From positions 64,001 through 128,000 of IMG/VR virus record IMGVR_UViG_2595698888_000001: a stretch of DNA of 64,000 nt. One strand, written 5' to 3'. This DNA comes from a virus (Duplodnaviria; Heunggongvirae; Uroviricota; Caudoviricetes). The notes beneath the pieces are model-generated. The model was not told the origin of the DNA, made no database searches, and saw nothing but the letters and a program-made list of their open reading frames with translations. This document shows positions 9,042-16,899 of the stretch, in pieces (within the stretch, counting starts at the first letter, position 1; each line of letters opens with the position of its first letter). The translations under genes were made by a program, and so were the position numbers.

Positions 9042-9322
9042 TGAAAATTCGTCCAGTATATAATCACATAATTGCTAAAAAACATGTGTATGAAGCAAAA
9101 AGTGCAGGTGGTATTATTTTAACTGCCACTGGTGAAGATGAATCAACACATGCTGAAGTACTAGCGATTGGTCCCGCATTTAAATCCGATGTTAAAGTTG
9201 GTGACATTATCACTTATGAAGAAGGTGATAAACGTGTTCATTCTGAAAAAATTGACAACGAAGATATTCTGATTATGCCAGAAGATTGTGTTATTGGCGT
9301 CGTCGAGCAAAAAACTGAATAA
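9041..9322 (+). CDS. groES: co-chaperonin GroES
   Basis: MKIRPVYNHII..KSAGGIILT..AEVLAIGP..VKVGD. Confidence 0.9.
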   Translation: MKIRPVYNHIIAKKHVYEAKSAGGIILTATGEDESTHAEVLAIGPAFKSDVKVGDIITYEEGDKRVHSEKIDNEDILIMPEDCVIGVVEQKTE

Positions 9323-9331
9323 GGTGAAAAT

Positions 9332-10594
9332 ATGCATTCGGCATTAGTAGAATTACAAGAACGTGGATTAATCAAACAAAGTACTGATATTGAAGTACTG
9401 TCTAAACTACTTGACGAAGGTTCAGCAGTGTATTGTGGTTTTGATCCTACTGCCGATTCTCTGCATATTGGTAGTTTACTCCCACTGACTATCATGAATG
9501 TTTTTAAAAAACATGGAGTGAAAGTTATTGCGTTACTTGGCGGAGCAACTGGATCAATTGGTGATCCAAGCTTTAAATCTGAAGAACGTAAAATGTTATC
9601 ATGGGATGATATTGACCGCAATGTTGCTGGTATTCGTGCAGTTATTAAGAGTATTTTGGGCGATGTAGAAATTGTAAACAATTATTCTTGGACTAAAGAT
9701 ATTAATATGCTTGAGTTTTTGCGTGATTACGGTAAATGCTTCACTGTGAATAATATGATGAACAAAGAATCTGTACGTTCACGTATTGAACGCGATGAAC
9801 AAGGTATTTCTTTCACTGAATTTTCGTATCAAATTCTTCAAGCAATGGACTTTGAATATTTGTACGAAATGAATAACTGCAAAATCCAAATTGGTGGTTC
9901 TGACCAATGGGGTAATATGATTGCTGGAATTGATTTGATTCATAAAATCCACGGCAATGATGCAGACTGCGGTGTTATCACTATACCACTAGTTACTAAA
10001 TCTGATGGTACTAAATTTGGTAAATCAGAATCTGGTACTATCTGGTTAACTGAACAACGCACTACGCCATATCACTTCTTCCAGTTCTGGCGTAATCTAG
10101 ATGATGCAGAGATTCCAAAATTATATCAGTACTTTAAACCTTTTAGTTTCAGTGTTGATGATATTGTAAGTGAAATGACTAATGGTGACCCAAATATTGT
10201 AAAACTTCAGTTTGCAATTGCTATGACTGAGATGGTTCATGGGGAACATAAAGCTTCTTTGGCACGTGATATTACTGATTTCTTACATGGTAAAAAAGAA
10301 ATTACCGAAGAAGCAGTAGAAATGATGATTAAAAGTGGATTTGATGTTGATGAAAGTACTGACAACTTAGAATTAGTTTCTTTGGTGGTTAGTACTGGAT
10401 TAGCTGATTCCCGTAAAATGGCACGTGAGTTTATTAATAATGGTGCTGTAAAAATTAATGGTCGTAAAGTAAATGAATTTTACGATACTGCAAATTGTGA
10501 ATTTACAGAAGATGTAGATTTTGTAGATGCAAAACATTTTGTATTGCAGCGTGGTAAAAACACATATGTCGTTGTAAAAAATACAAGGCGTTAA
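9332..10594 (+). CDS. tyrS: tyrosyl-tRNA synthetase
   Basis: YCGFDPTADSLHIGS (HIGH), QIGGSDQWGN, KFGKS (KMSKS) and a C-terminal S4-like domain. Confidence 0.97.
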   Translation: MHSALVELQERGLIKQSTDIEVLSKLLDEGSAVYCGFDPTADSLHIGSLLPLTIMNVFKKHGVKVIALLGGATGSIGDPSFKSEERKMLSWDDIDRNVAGIRAVIKSILGDVEIVNNYSWTKDINMLEFLRDYGKCFTVNNMMNKESVRSRIERDEQGISFTEFSYQILQAMDFEYLYEMNNCKIQIGGSDQWGNMIAGIDLIHKIHGNDADCGVITIPLVTKSDGTKFGKSESGTIWLTEQRTTPYHFFQFWRNLDDAEIPKLYQYFKPFSFSVDDIVSEMTNGDPNIVKLQFAIAMTEMVHGEHKASLARDITDFLHGKKEITEEAVEMMIKSGFDVDESTDNLELVSLVVSTGLADSRKMAREFINNGAVKINGRKVNEFYDTANCEFTEDVDFVDAKHFVLQRGKNTYVVVKNTRR

Positions 10595-10595
10595 T

Positions 10596-10802
10596 ATGAA
10601 GATTGTATACGCAATATTAATTGCATTACTTTTAACGTCATGTCGTACCGAAGACAAAGTTCAAAACATTGTACTGTACGGTAATAAAACACTTTACCCT
10701 GAAGTACTAAATGCTACTTTAAAATTAGATAACAAAGAGTATTCTTGTACTAGTTTTGACGGAAAGCATGATCAACTTGTTTTCGTGTGTCGTAAGAAAT
10801 AA
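10596..10802 (+). CDS. small putative lipoprotein
   Basis: Signal peptide with lipobox-like LLTSC. Confidence 0.65.
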   Translation: MKIVYAILIALLLTSCRTEDKVQNIVLYGNKTLYPEVLNATLKLDNKEYSCTSFDGKHDQLVFVCRKK

Positions 10803-10808
10803 GACTTG

Positions 10809-10931
10809 AGAAATACAAAGCCGTGCATTCTGGCAAAAACCAGATATAAGACCGTTTACGCTTCAATGCTAGTACTTGAAAACTCCCTACTCGTTAGAAC
10901 TACCAATTTCCAGGGCGTTGTATTTCTTTTT
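10809..10931 (+). ncRNA. candidate ~120-nt structured RNA or cis-element
   Basis: Ends pair: AGAAATACAA-A-GCC (10809-10822) with GGC-G-TTGTATTTCT (10914-10927). Internal hairpin TCTGG/CCAGA. Followed by a T run in an otherwise ORF-free gap. Confidence 0.45.
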
Positions 10932-10949
10932 AATTTAGAGAGGAATAAT

Positions 10950-11591
10950 ATGAATATCGTAGAAAAGTACTACTGGATCATAGAGCACCCAAAATATGTT
11001 CCATTCGGTGATACCGCAGTCATCGAAATCACACCACACATGGTTTGTCCAGAAACAAATTGCGTTGAAAAATTAGAATTGTTGAATACTAAACTACAAT
11101 TTTGGGTTGAGTTGTTGATTCCATTCTTCGATGAACAACACAAACAACACTGTCATTCACATGATTGGGAATTGGATTGTGGTGGTGACACATGGGAAGA
11201 AGCCGTTGAAAATTTGTACAAATTGGTTCTCGAAAAGTACGGTGATTATACCCAAGAAGATTTGGATAAGCAACGTGAAGAAGCAATGAAAGATTTCGAT
11301 ATGGATAAATGGGTAAAAACCGTAGATTCAATGATGGCTGATAATAAAGAATCGAGTGAAGTCGTAATGTTACCAGATTATGAAATCGAACATATGAAGT
11401 TTGAAATCGGGCATTTAGAAGTTCTACAAGAAGTGCTTCAAAATAAATTGCGTGAACCAACAATAACAATGCAAGAATACGATGATGTTCAATTGGAACT
11501 AATCTGCGTAGATCACGACTTATATGTAATGCGTGAAAGCGTTAAATGTGGTTATGATGTAGAAAAATATGGTCTAAGGAATGAAGATTGA
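10950..11591 (+). CDS. hypothetical acidic protein (start revised to ATG 10950)
   Basis: GAGAGGA RBS precedes ATG 10950, in frame with the 10806 ORF. Confidence 0.75.
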   Translation: MNIVEKYYWIIEHPKYVPFGDTAVIEITPHMVCPETNCVEKLELLNTKLQFWVELLIPFFDEQHKQHCHSHDWELDCGGDTWEEAVENLYKLVLEKYGDYTQEDLDKQREEAMKDFDMDKWVKTVDSMMADNKESSEVVMLPDYEIEHMKFEIGHLEVLQEVLQNKLREPTITMQEYDDVQLELICVDHDLYVMRESVKCGYDVEKYGLRNED

Positions 11592-11946
11592 AAAACTGAT
11601 TCGCATCTTGCAGAAGATGCCTCAGCATAAACAAATCAAGTGCACTCGAAAGAAATATAAAATTATTGCTTGTGCACTTGATAGAAAGGGTAAAGTACTG
11701 GCGATGAGGACGAACGATTATGATTGTTCTCATCCATTACAAAAACATTTTGCAGTACTTGTTGGAAAGCCTGAAGCAATTTTTCTACATGCTGAAATCG
11801 CCACGTTAATTGCCGCACGAAAAGAAGTTCATAAATTACTTATTGCCAGGGTTGATAAGAATGGAAATCCACTTTCAGCAAAACCTTGTCCAATATGTGA
11901 AAAAGCAATTGAAGCCTTTGGAGTAAAAGAGATTGAATACACTTAA
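11581..11946 (+). CDS. cytidine/dCMP deaminase-fold zinc protein
   Basis: HAE...KPCPIC zinc-deaminase signature. Confidence 0.8.
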   Translation: MKIEKLIRILQKMPQHKQIKCTRKKYKIIACALDRKGKVLAMRTNDYDCSHPLQKHFAVLVGKPEAIFLHAEIATLIAARKEVHKLLIARVDKNGNPLSAKPCPICEKAIEAFGVKEIEYT

Positions 11947-12193
11947 TGCATCATTGGTCGCGATAATCGATATTTTCAAAAAAGGAAATGAATCTGACAT
12001 GTACATTAGTACTGTCACATTCCTTTTCAAAACTATATCAGAAGAAAAAGAATCTGGTACATATGATATGGAAAAGTATTTCTCAAATGCTATTTCCATT
12101 CATAATCGTCTGCGAGAAAAATATAATGCAGATTTTAACGGGCCACTATTATCGTGGTACAGAAGGTTTATAGGATTGCATGGAGGTTTATAA
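11933..12193 (+). CDS. hypothetical protein (start uncertain)
   Basis: Fills the gap between the deaminase and the kinase. TTG start. Confidence 0.5.
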   Translation: MNTLNASLVAIIDIFKKGNESDMYISTVTFLFKTISEEKESGTYDMEKYFSNAISIHNRLREKYNADFNGPLLSWYRRFIGLHGGL

Positions 12194-12744
12194 TGGAAAC
12201 AATTGTAATTAATTTAGTTGGGGGTCCCTGTTCAGGAAAATCTACAACAGCGGCAGGGTTATTTGCTAAAATGAAACTACACACTAAACAACGTGTAGAA
12301 ATCGTAACTGAAGTAATCAAAGATTACGTGTACGATGAAAACAAAATGGCAATGCAAGATCAAGTACTGATCACTGCAAACCAGAACCACCGCCTATTCC
12401 GTTTAAATGGAAAGGTGGATTTTGTCGTATCTGATGCATCTCTACTAAATGGTATTGTCTATAATGAATTCTACGATGATGTAGAAAATATTAGTTCTAC
12501 TATTGCGTGGCAACTTTATCAGCAATACAACAATATTGTATTTCTACTTCCACGTAAGCCTGAATATGATCAGTACGGTAGAACTCAATCATTAGAAGAA
12601 GCTAAAGAGCTGGATCGTTTGTTTGTGGAAAATCTTACACATTTCAATATTCCATTTATTGATATGCGTGAATATACTCATGAAGAAATGCCTGACCGTA
12701 TTCTTGAAGTACTTTCTGCAAAATATGGTTTTGATACACATTAA
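12193..12744 (+). CDS. P-loop NadR/AAA_28-like nucleotide kinase or ATPase
   Basis: VINLVGGPCSGKST Walker A, VVSDASLL, GRTQ. GGAGG RBS before ATG 12193. Confidence 0.75.
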   Translation: METIVINLVGGPCSGKSTTAAGLFAKMKLHTKQRVEIVTEVIKDYVYDENKMAMQDQVLITANQNHRLFRLNGKVDFVVSDASLLNGIVYNEFYDDVENISSTIAWQLYQQYNNIVFLLPRKPEYDQYGRTQSLEEAKELDRLFVENLTHFNIPFIDMREYTHEEMPDRILEVLSAKYGFDTH

Positions 12745-12753
12745 GGATTTATA

Positions 12754-13044
12754 GTGAAACAATTAGCACAATTAGTAGAAAATCAAGAAAATGCAGGTCA
12801 AATTTATTATGCTTGTAATGTGCGTAATGTAATTCAGCCAGTAAGGGTACGACTAGTATCCGTTACTGAAATTTATAAAAATGTTGACCATAAAGATTTT
12901 CCATTAATGGCAGTAATAGTTTATGAAAGTGATGAAATTCCAGTACCTTCAAAATTTAATACGATTCCAATAAGTTGTACTGTATTGTTTGATACATACG
13001 AAGAAGCATCATTCGAGTTCTCTAAGTACTGGAAAATTCATTGA
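12754..13044 (+). CDS. hypothetical protein
   Basis: 96-aa ORF with AAGGA RBS and GTG start. Confidence 0.65.
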   Translation: MKQLAQLVENQENAGQIYYACNVRNVIQPVRVRLVSVTEIYKNVDHKDFPLMAVIVYESDEIPVPSKFNTIPISCTVLFDTYEEASFEFSKYWKIH

Positions 13045-13071
13045 ACAAACGTTAATCAAAGTTCTGAAATC

Positions 13072-13085
13072 TTGATCTAGATCAA
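13072..13085. promoter_or_regulatory. perfect FNR box upstream of nrdD
   Basis: TTGAT-CTAG-ATCAA, centred about 42 bp upstream of a plausible start defined by -10 TATTTT at 13109-13114. Confidence 0.75.
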
Positions 13086-13088
13086 TAG

Positions 13089-13114
13089 AAATACCCCGTT
13101 ATATGGGGTATTTT
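13089..13114 (+). terminator. terminator hairpin overlapping the putative FNR-dependent -10
   Basis: AAATACCCC-GTTATAT-GGGGTATTT followed by T. Confidence 0.7.
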
Positions 13115-13153
13115 AATTTTTAAGTGCGTAAATAAATTCACCTAAAATTAGAC

Positions 13154-14968
13154 ATGGAGAGTCGTATGAATAACGATAGATTGTACAGTGATATTAACGA
13201 GTTTTTGAACCAAAGCAATAAAGATTTACTGAATGAAAATGCAAACAAGGATGCAAAGATTGTTAATACGCATCGCGATTTACTTGCTGGTATTCTGTCT
13301 AAACATTTTGCAGAAGATATTATTTCAGAAGATTTAATGCAATGGCATAAAAATGGTTATGGTCACATACACGATCTCGATTATTTTATAAGCCCACTAA
13401 CGAACTGTTGCTTAGTAAATTACAGAGATATGTTAGAAAATGGATTTAAGATTGGGAATGCACAAGTTGGCACTCCTAAAAGTATTGGTGTTGCAAGCAC
13501 AGTACTTACACAAATTGTATTAGCTGTTTCCGCGAGTCAATATGGCGGTCAAACACTAGCACACATTGATTTTGGACTCGAACCATACGTTCAGAAGTCC
13601 TACGATAAGCTCTTAGAGCAGCAGAAGGAATTCAACCTACCAGATGAGTTCGTTGAAAAAACCCTTCAGAAAGAGGTTTATGACGCTATGCAAGCGTTGT
13701 TATACCAGGTGAATACAATCACATCAAGTAATGGTCAAACACCTTTTGTCACTATTACTATGGGATTAAACACATCAAAATTTGGTAAAATGATTACTGA
13801 TTCGTACTTAAAAGTTCACGAAAAAGGATTGGGTGTTGATGGCACAACTCCGGTATTCCCTAAAGTAGTATTCTTCCTAGAAGATGGAGTGAATATGAAG
13901 GAAGAAGATCCCAACTACGATCTTAAAGTACAGGCAATGAAAACTTCAGCTAAACGAATCTATCCTGATTTTGTTTCAGTACCATTGAATAAGAAAGTAA
14001 CTGGCAGTACTAGTATTGCGGTTTCACCAATGGGATGCAGATCATTTCTAGGAAAATGGGATGATGGCAGTACTGAAAAATATGATGGTCGTTTTAACCT
14101 TGGAGTAGTGTCAATTAATTTACCATTACTTGCACTCGAATCAAATTCTGATGGTGAATTCTTTGGCAAGATTGACTATCACATGAATATGGCATATCGT
14201 GCACAAATGAATCGTGTCGAACGATTGAAGAATACAAAAGCACGGCAAAACCCTACTATGTTTATGGAAGGTGCAATTTCCCGTCTTGATGCAGATGACA
14301 CAATTGAAAAACTCTTCTATGACGGATACGCAAGTATTAGTATTGGTTATGTAGGCTTAGCAGAATGTTCTGAAATTATGAAAGGACAGATTGTAAAAGA
14401 TTATTGCAAATCTATTCTTCATTATATGAAATATAAATGCGAGCAATTCAAAGAAGAAAGTAATATCGCTTTTAGTTTATATGGAACTCCAGCCGAAAGC
14501 TTATGCTATAAATTTGCAAGAGCAATTGAAGAAAAGCATCCTAATATTCTAAAACGTAACTTTATTACAAACTCATTCCACCAGCCAGTGTGGATTAACT
14601 CTGGACAATTTAGCAAGTTTGATTACGAAGAAGGATTTGCATATCTAAGTAATGGTGGAAATATTAGCTATGTTGAAACCCCAAATCTTTCAAATAACAT
14701 GACTGCACTAGAAACATTAATCAATTATGCATATGAAAGAATTCCGTACTTCGGTATAAATCAGCCAGTAGATAAATGCTATAAGTGCGAGTTTGAAGGT
14801 GAATTTGAAGTTGATAAAATTGGATTCCACTGTCCACAGTGTGATAATAGAGAAGAAGGAACTATGTCAGTGATTCGCAGGGTTTCTGGATATTTGAGTG
14901 CACCTAATAGTAGACCTTTCAACACTGGCAAACAGCAAGAAGTTATACAACGAATTAAACACCAATAA
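13154..14968 (+). CDS. nrdD: anaerobic ribonucleoside-triphosphate reductase (class III), no ATP cone
   Basis: HIHDLDY, TNCCL, PMGCRSFL, NLGVVSINLP, YGTPAESLC, C-terminal CxxC..CxxC and glycyl-radical loop RRVSGYL. Confidence 0.97.
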   Translation: MESRMNNDRLYSDINEFLNQSNKDLLNENANKDAKIVNTHRDLLAGILSKHFAEDIISEDLMQWHKNGYGHIHDLDYFISPLTNCCLVNYRDMLENGFKIGNAQVGTPKSIGVASTVLTQIVLAVSASQYGGQTLAHIDFGLEPYVQKSYDKLLEQQKEFNLPDEFVEKTLQKEVYDAMQALLYQVNTITSSNGQTPFVTITMGLNTSKFGKMITDSYLKVHEKGLGVDGTTPVFPKVVFFLEDGVNMKEEDPNYDLKVQAMKTSAKRIYPDFVSVPLNKKVTGSTSIAVSPMGCRSFLGKWDDGSTEKYDGRFNLGVVSINLPLLALESNSDGEFFGKIDYHMNMAYRAQMNRVERLKNTKARQNPTMFMEGAISRLDADDTIEKLFYDGYASISIGYVGLAECSEIMKGQIVKDYCKSILHYMKYKCEQFKEESNIAFSLYGTPAESLCYKFARAIEEKHPNILKRNFITNSFHQPVWINSGQFSKFDYEEGFAYLSNGGNISYVETPNLSNNMTALETLINYAYERIPYFGINQPVDKCYKCEFEGEFEVDKIGFHCPQCDNREEGTMSVIRRVSGYLSAPNSRPFNTGKQQEVIQRIKHQ

Positions 14969-14977
14969 GGAATTATC

Positions 14978-15421
14978 ATGATACATGATAACATAGAAGT
15001 AAACTGCAATCATTTACTGAACAGAACTTTACTAGGATTTTTGCCAGTATTTGATGTAGAGTACAATTCAATATCTTACTATTCAGTTGAAAATATTCAC
15101 CCGAATCGTGAATATGAAAGGGTTGTTCCATGTTATCATTTAGAAGTATCTGATGATTGGGTGTGTGAGCAAGAACATTTCTTTATGCAGGAATGTTTAC
15201 CACCAAAATCTCGCGAGAATTTAGTACTTCTCCACGAGATTTATCGTGACGAATATATAGATAATTTCACTAATAAGAAATATATCGTTATATTCGTTGG
15301 GTGTGATGATGGTGATAAAATTATGCGTTTCAAAGATCATAACGATGCTGTGAAGTTCTTAAACGGAATTTCATACTATGATGAAATCTTTGATAAAAAT
15401 GAAATGTTAATGCTATATTAA
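14978..15421 (+). CDS. hypothetical protein
   Basis: 147-aa ORF with AAGGA RBS. Confidence 0.7.
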   Translation: MIHDNIEVNCNHLLNRTLLGFLPVFDVEYNSISYYSVENIHPNREYERVVPCYHLEVSDDWVCEQEHFFMQECLPPKSRENLVLLHEIYRDEYIDNFTNKKYIVIFVGCDDGDKIMRFKDHNDAVKFLNGISYYDEIFDKNEMLMLY

Positions 15422-15439
15422 CATATTCAAGGATGAATA

Positions 15440-16183
15440 ATGGCAAAATTGACAAAGCAAGAAATTGCAAATCACAATAAAATTCTGGATTTAATAAACT
15501 CAGATAAAGTACTGACATTCGATGAAAAATGGTTTATTCTTGAGAACTATCACGAAGGTGCAACCAATATTAACTCCGCTGCTGGAGCATTTTTTACCCC
15601 AATATACTATTCAAGAGATTTTTGTTTAGAAGTTTGGGGTGATACTGTAATTGATATGTGTGCCGGAATTGGATCTTTATCATTTATGGTAGCAAATAAG
15701 TATGATCCAAATGATATTCCTAGTCAGATTGTATGTGTTGAATTAAATCCAGAATATGCAGAAATTGGTAAACGAATAGTACCGGAAGCTGACTGGATTA
15801 TTGCAGATGTTCTATCGTATGAATCGCCAATTATGTTTGATCAAAGCATAAGTAACCCACCATTCGGTCGTATTAAAACATCTGATGTTAAAGATTTATC
15901 ATATAAAGGTGCAGAGTTCGAATTTAAAGTTATCTCAAAAGCATCCACATTGTCAAAATACGGTACTTTCATATTACCTCAAGGAAGTTCAGGATTTAAA
16001 TACTCTAATAACAGATACTATGAAAGATGTGAGACTGATAAGTACAAAAAGTTTAAAGAACAAACTCAAATAGAATTACATCCTGGTATTGGAATTGATT
16101 CATCCGTTTTTAAAGATGACTGGAAGGGTGTGAACATTATTACTGAAGTATGTGTTGCGGATTTCTCAGGAGAATTTCTATGA
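15440..16183 (+). CDS. orphan DNA adenine methyltransferase (motif I before motif IV)
   Basis: IDMCAGIGSL (motif I) then ISNPPF (motif IV). No cognate endonuclease nearby. Confidence 0.8.
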   Translation: MAKLTKQEIANHNKILDLINSDKVLTFDEKWFILENYHEGATNINSAAGAFFTPIYYSRDFCLEVWGDTVIDMCAGIGSLSFMVANKYDPNDIPSQIVCVELNPEYAEIGKRIVPEADWIIADVLSYESPIMFDQSISNPPFGRIKTSDVKDLSYKGAEFEFKVISKASTLSKYGTFILPQGSSGFKYSNNRYYERCETDKYKKFKEQTQIELHPGIGIDSSVFKDDWKGVNIITEVCVADFSGEFL

Positions 16184-16653
16184 ATTTCCAAACAATAGTA
16201 AAAGATGATTTAATCAATGGTACTGGTGTTAGAGTAAGTTTGTATGTTTCTGGATGTAGTCATGGATGCAAAGGATGTTTTAATGAATCTGCATGGGATT
16301 ATCGTTCAGGTGAACCATTTGGCGAAGAACAAATTAACATTATCAGACGCGAATTATCCAAACCATATGTAGAAGGTCTAACACTACTTGGTGGAGATGC
16401 ATTGATGCCTAAAAATATCAGTACTGTTATAGAACTTTGCAAAATAGTAAAATCGGAATATCCGAACAAAAATATTTGGTGTTGGACAGGTTATACTTTA
16501 GAAGAAGTAAAAGAAAACCACGCTTCTGAAATTTTAAAATACGTTGACGTTCTTGTGGATGGGGAGTTCGTTGAAGAACTAAAAAATCTAAAACTCCCAT
16601 TCCGTGGCTCAGAAAACCAACGAGTACTAATAAAAGGAAAAGATTATGACTGA
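16180..16653 (+). CDS. nrdG: anaerobic RNR activating radical-SAM enzyme
   Basis: NGTGVRVSLYVSGCSHGCKGCFN (CxxxCxxC), GLTLLGGD, FRGSENQR. Confidence 0.96.
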   Translation: MNFQTIVKDDLINGTGVRVSLYVSGCSHGCKGCFNESAWDYRSGEPFGEEQINIIRRELSKPYVEGLTLLGGDALMPKNISTVIELCKIVKSEYPNKNIWCWTGYTLEEVKENHASEILKYVDVLVDGEFVEELKNLKLPFRGSENQRVLIKGKDYD

Positions 16654-16822
16654 TAAGATTATCTATCAAAAAAAATTTGATGGGAATATGATTGAAGAAC
16701 TAGACCCGTATGATATTTTGAACAGTGATGATATTGAAACTGATGCTTTTGGTGATGCTCATGGAACATTTACTGTTACTGTGACTTACACACCACCAGA
16801 TTATGATCCGAATGAAGAATAA
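16646..16822 (+). CDS. small acidic hypothetical protein (58 aa, not in the ORF track)
   Basis: Read by hand as MTDKIIYQKKFDGNMIEELDPYD...PPDYDPNEE*, overlapping the nrdG stop. Confidence 0.6.
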   Translation: MTDKIIYQKKFDGNMIEELDPYDILNSDDIETDAFGDAHGTFTVTVTYTPPDYDPNEE

Positions 16823-16847
16823 GCACCCGCATGGGTGCTTTTTTTGT
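16821..16847 (+). terminator. intrinsic terminator
   Basis: AAGCACCC-GCAT-GGGTGCTT followed by a T run. Confidence 0.88.
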
Positions 16848-16899
16848 TTATAACCCCAATAAATACAACAATGATTATCTAATTTTATAGGGATATATT

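Noticed and set aside
10860-10872. tRNA T-loop-like TTCAAT in the 10.8-kb structured element
   Set aside because: The flanks do not form a 5-bp T stem and no cloverleaf can be drawn.
13154-14968. Intron or intein in nrdD
   Set aside because: The ORF is continuous and of normal length for an ATP-cone-less NrdD, with no intein splice motifs.
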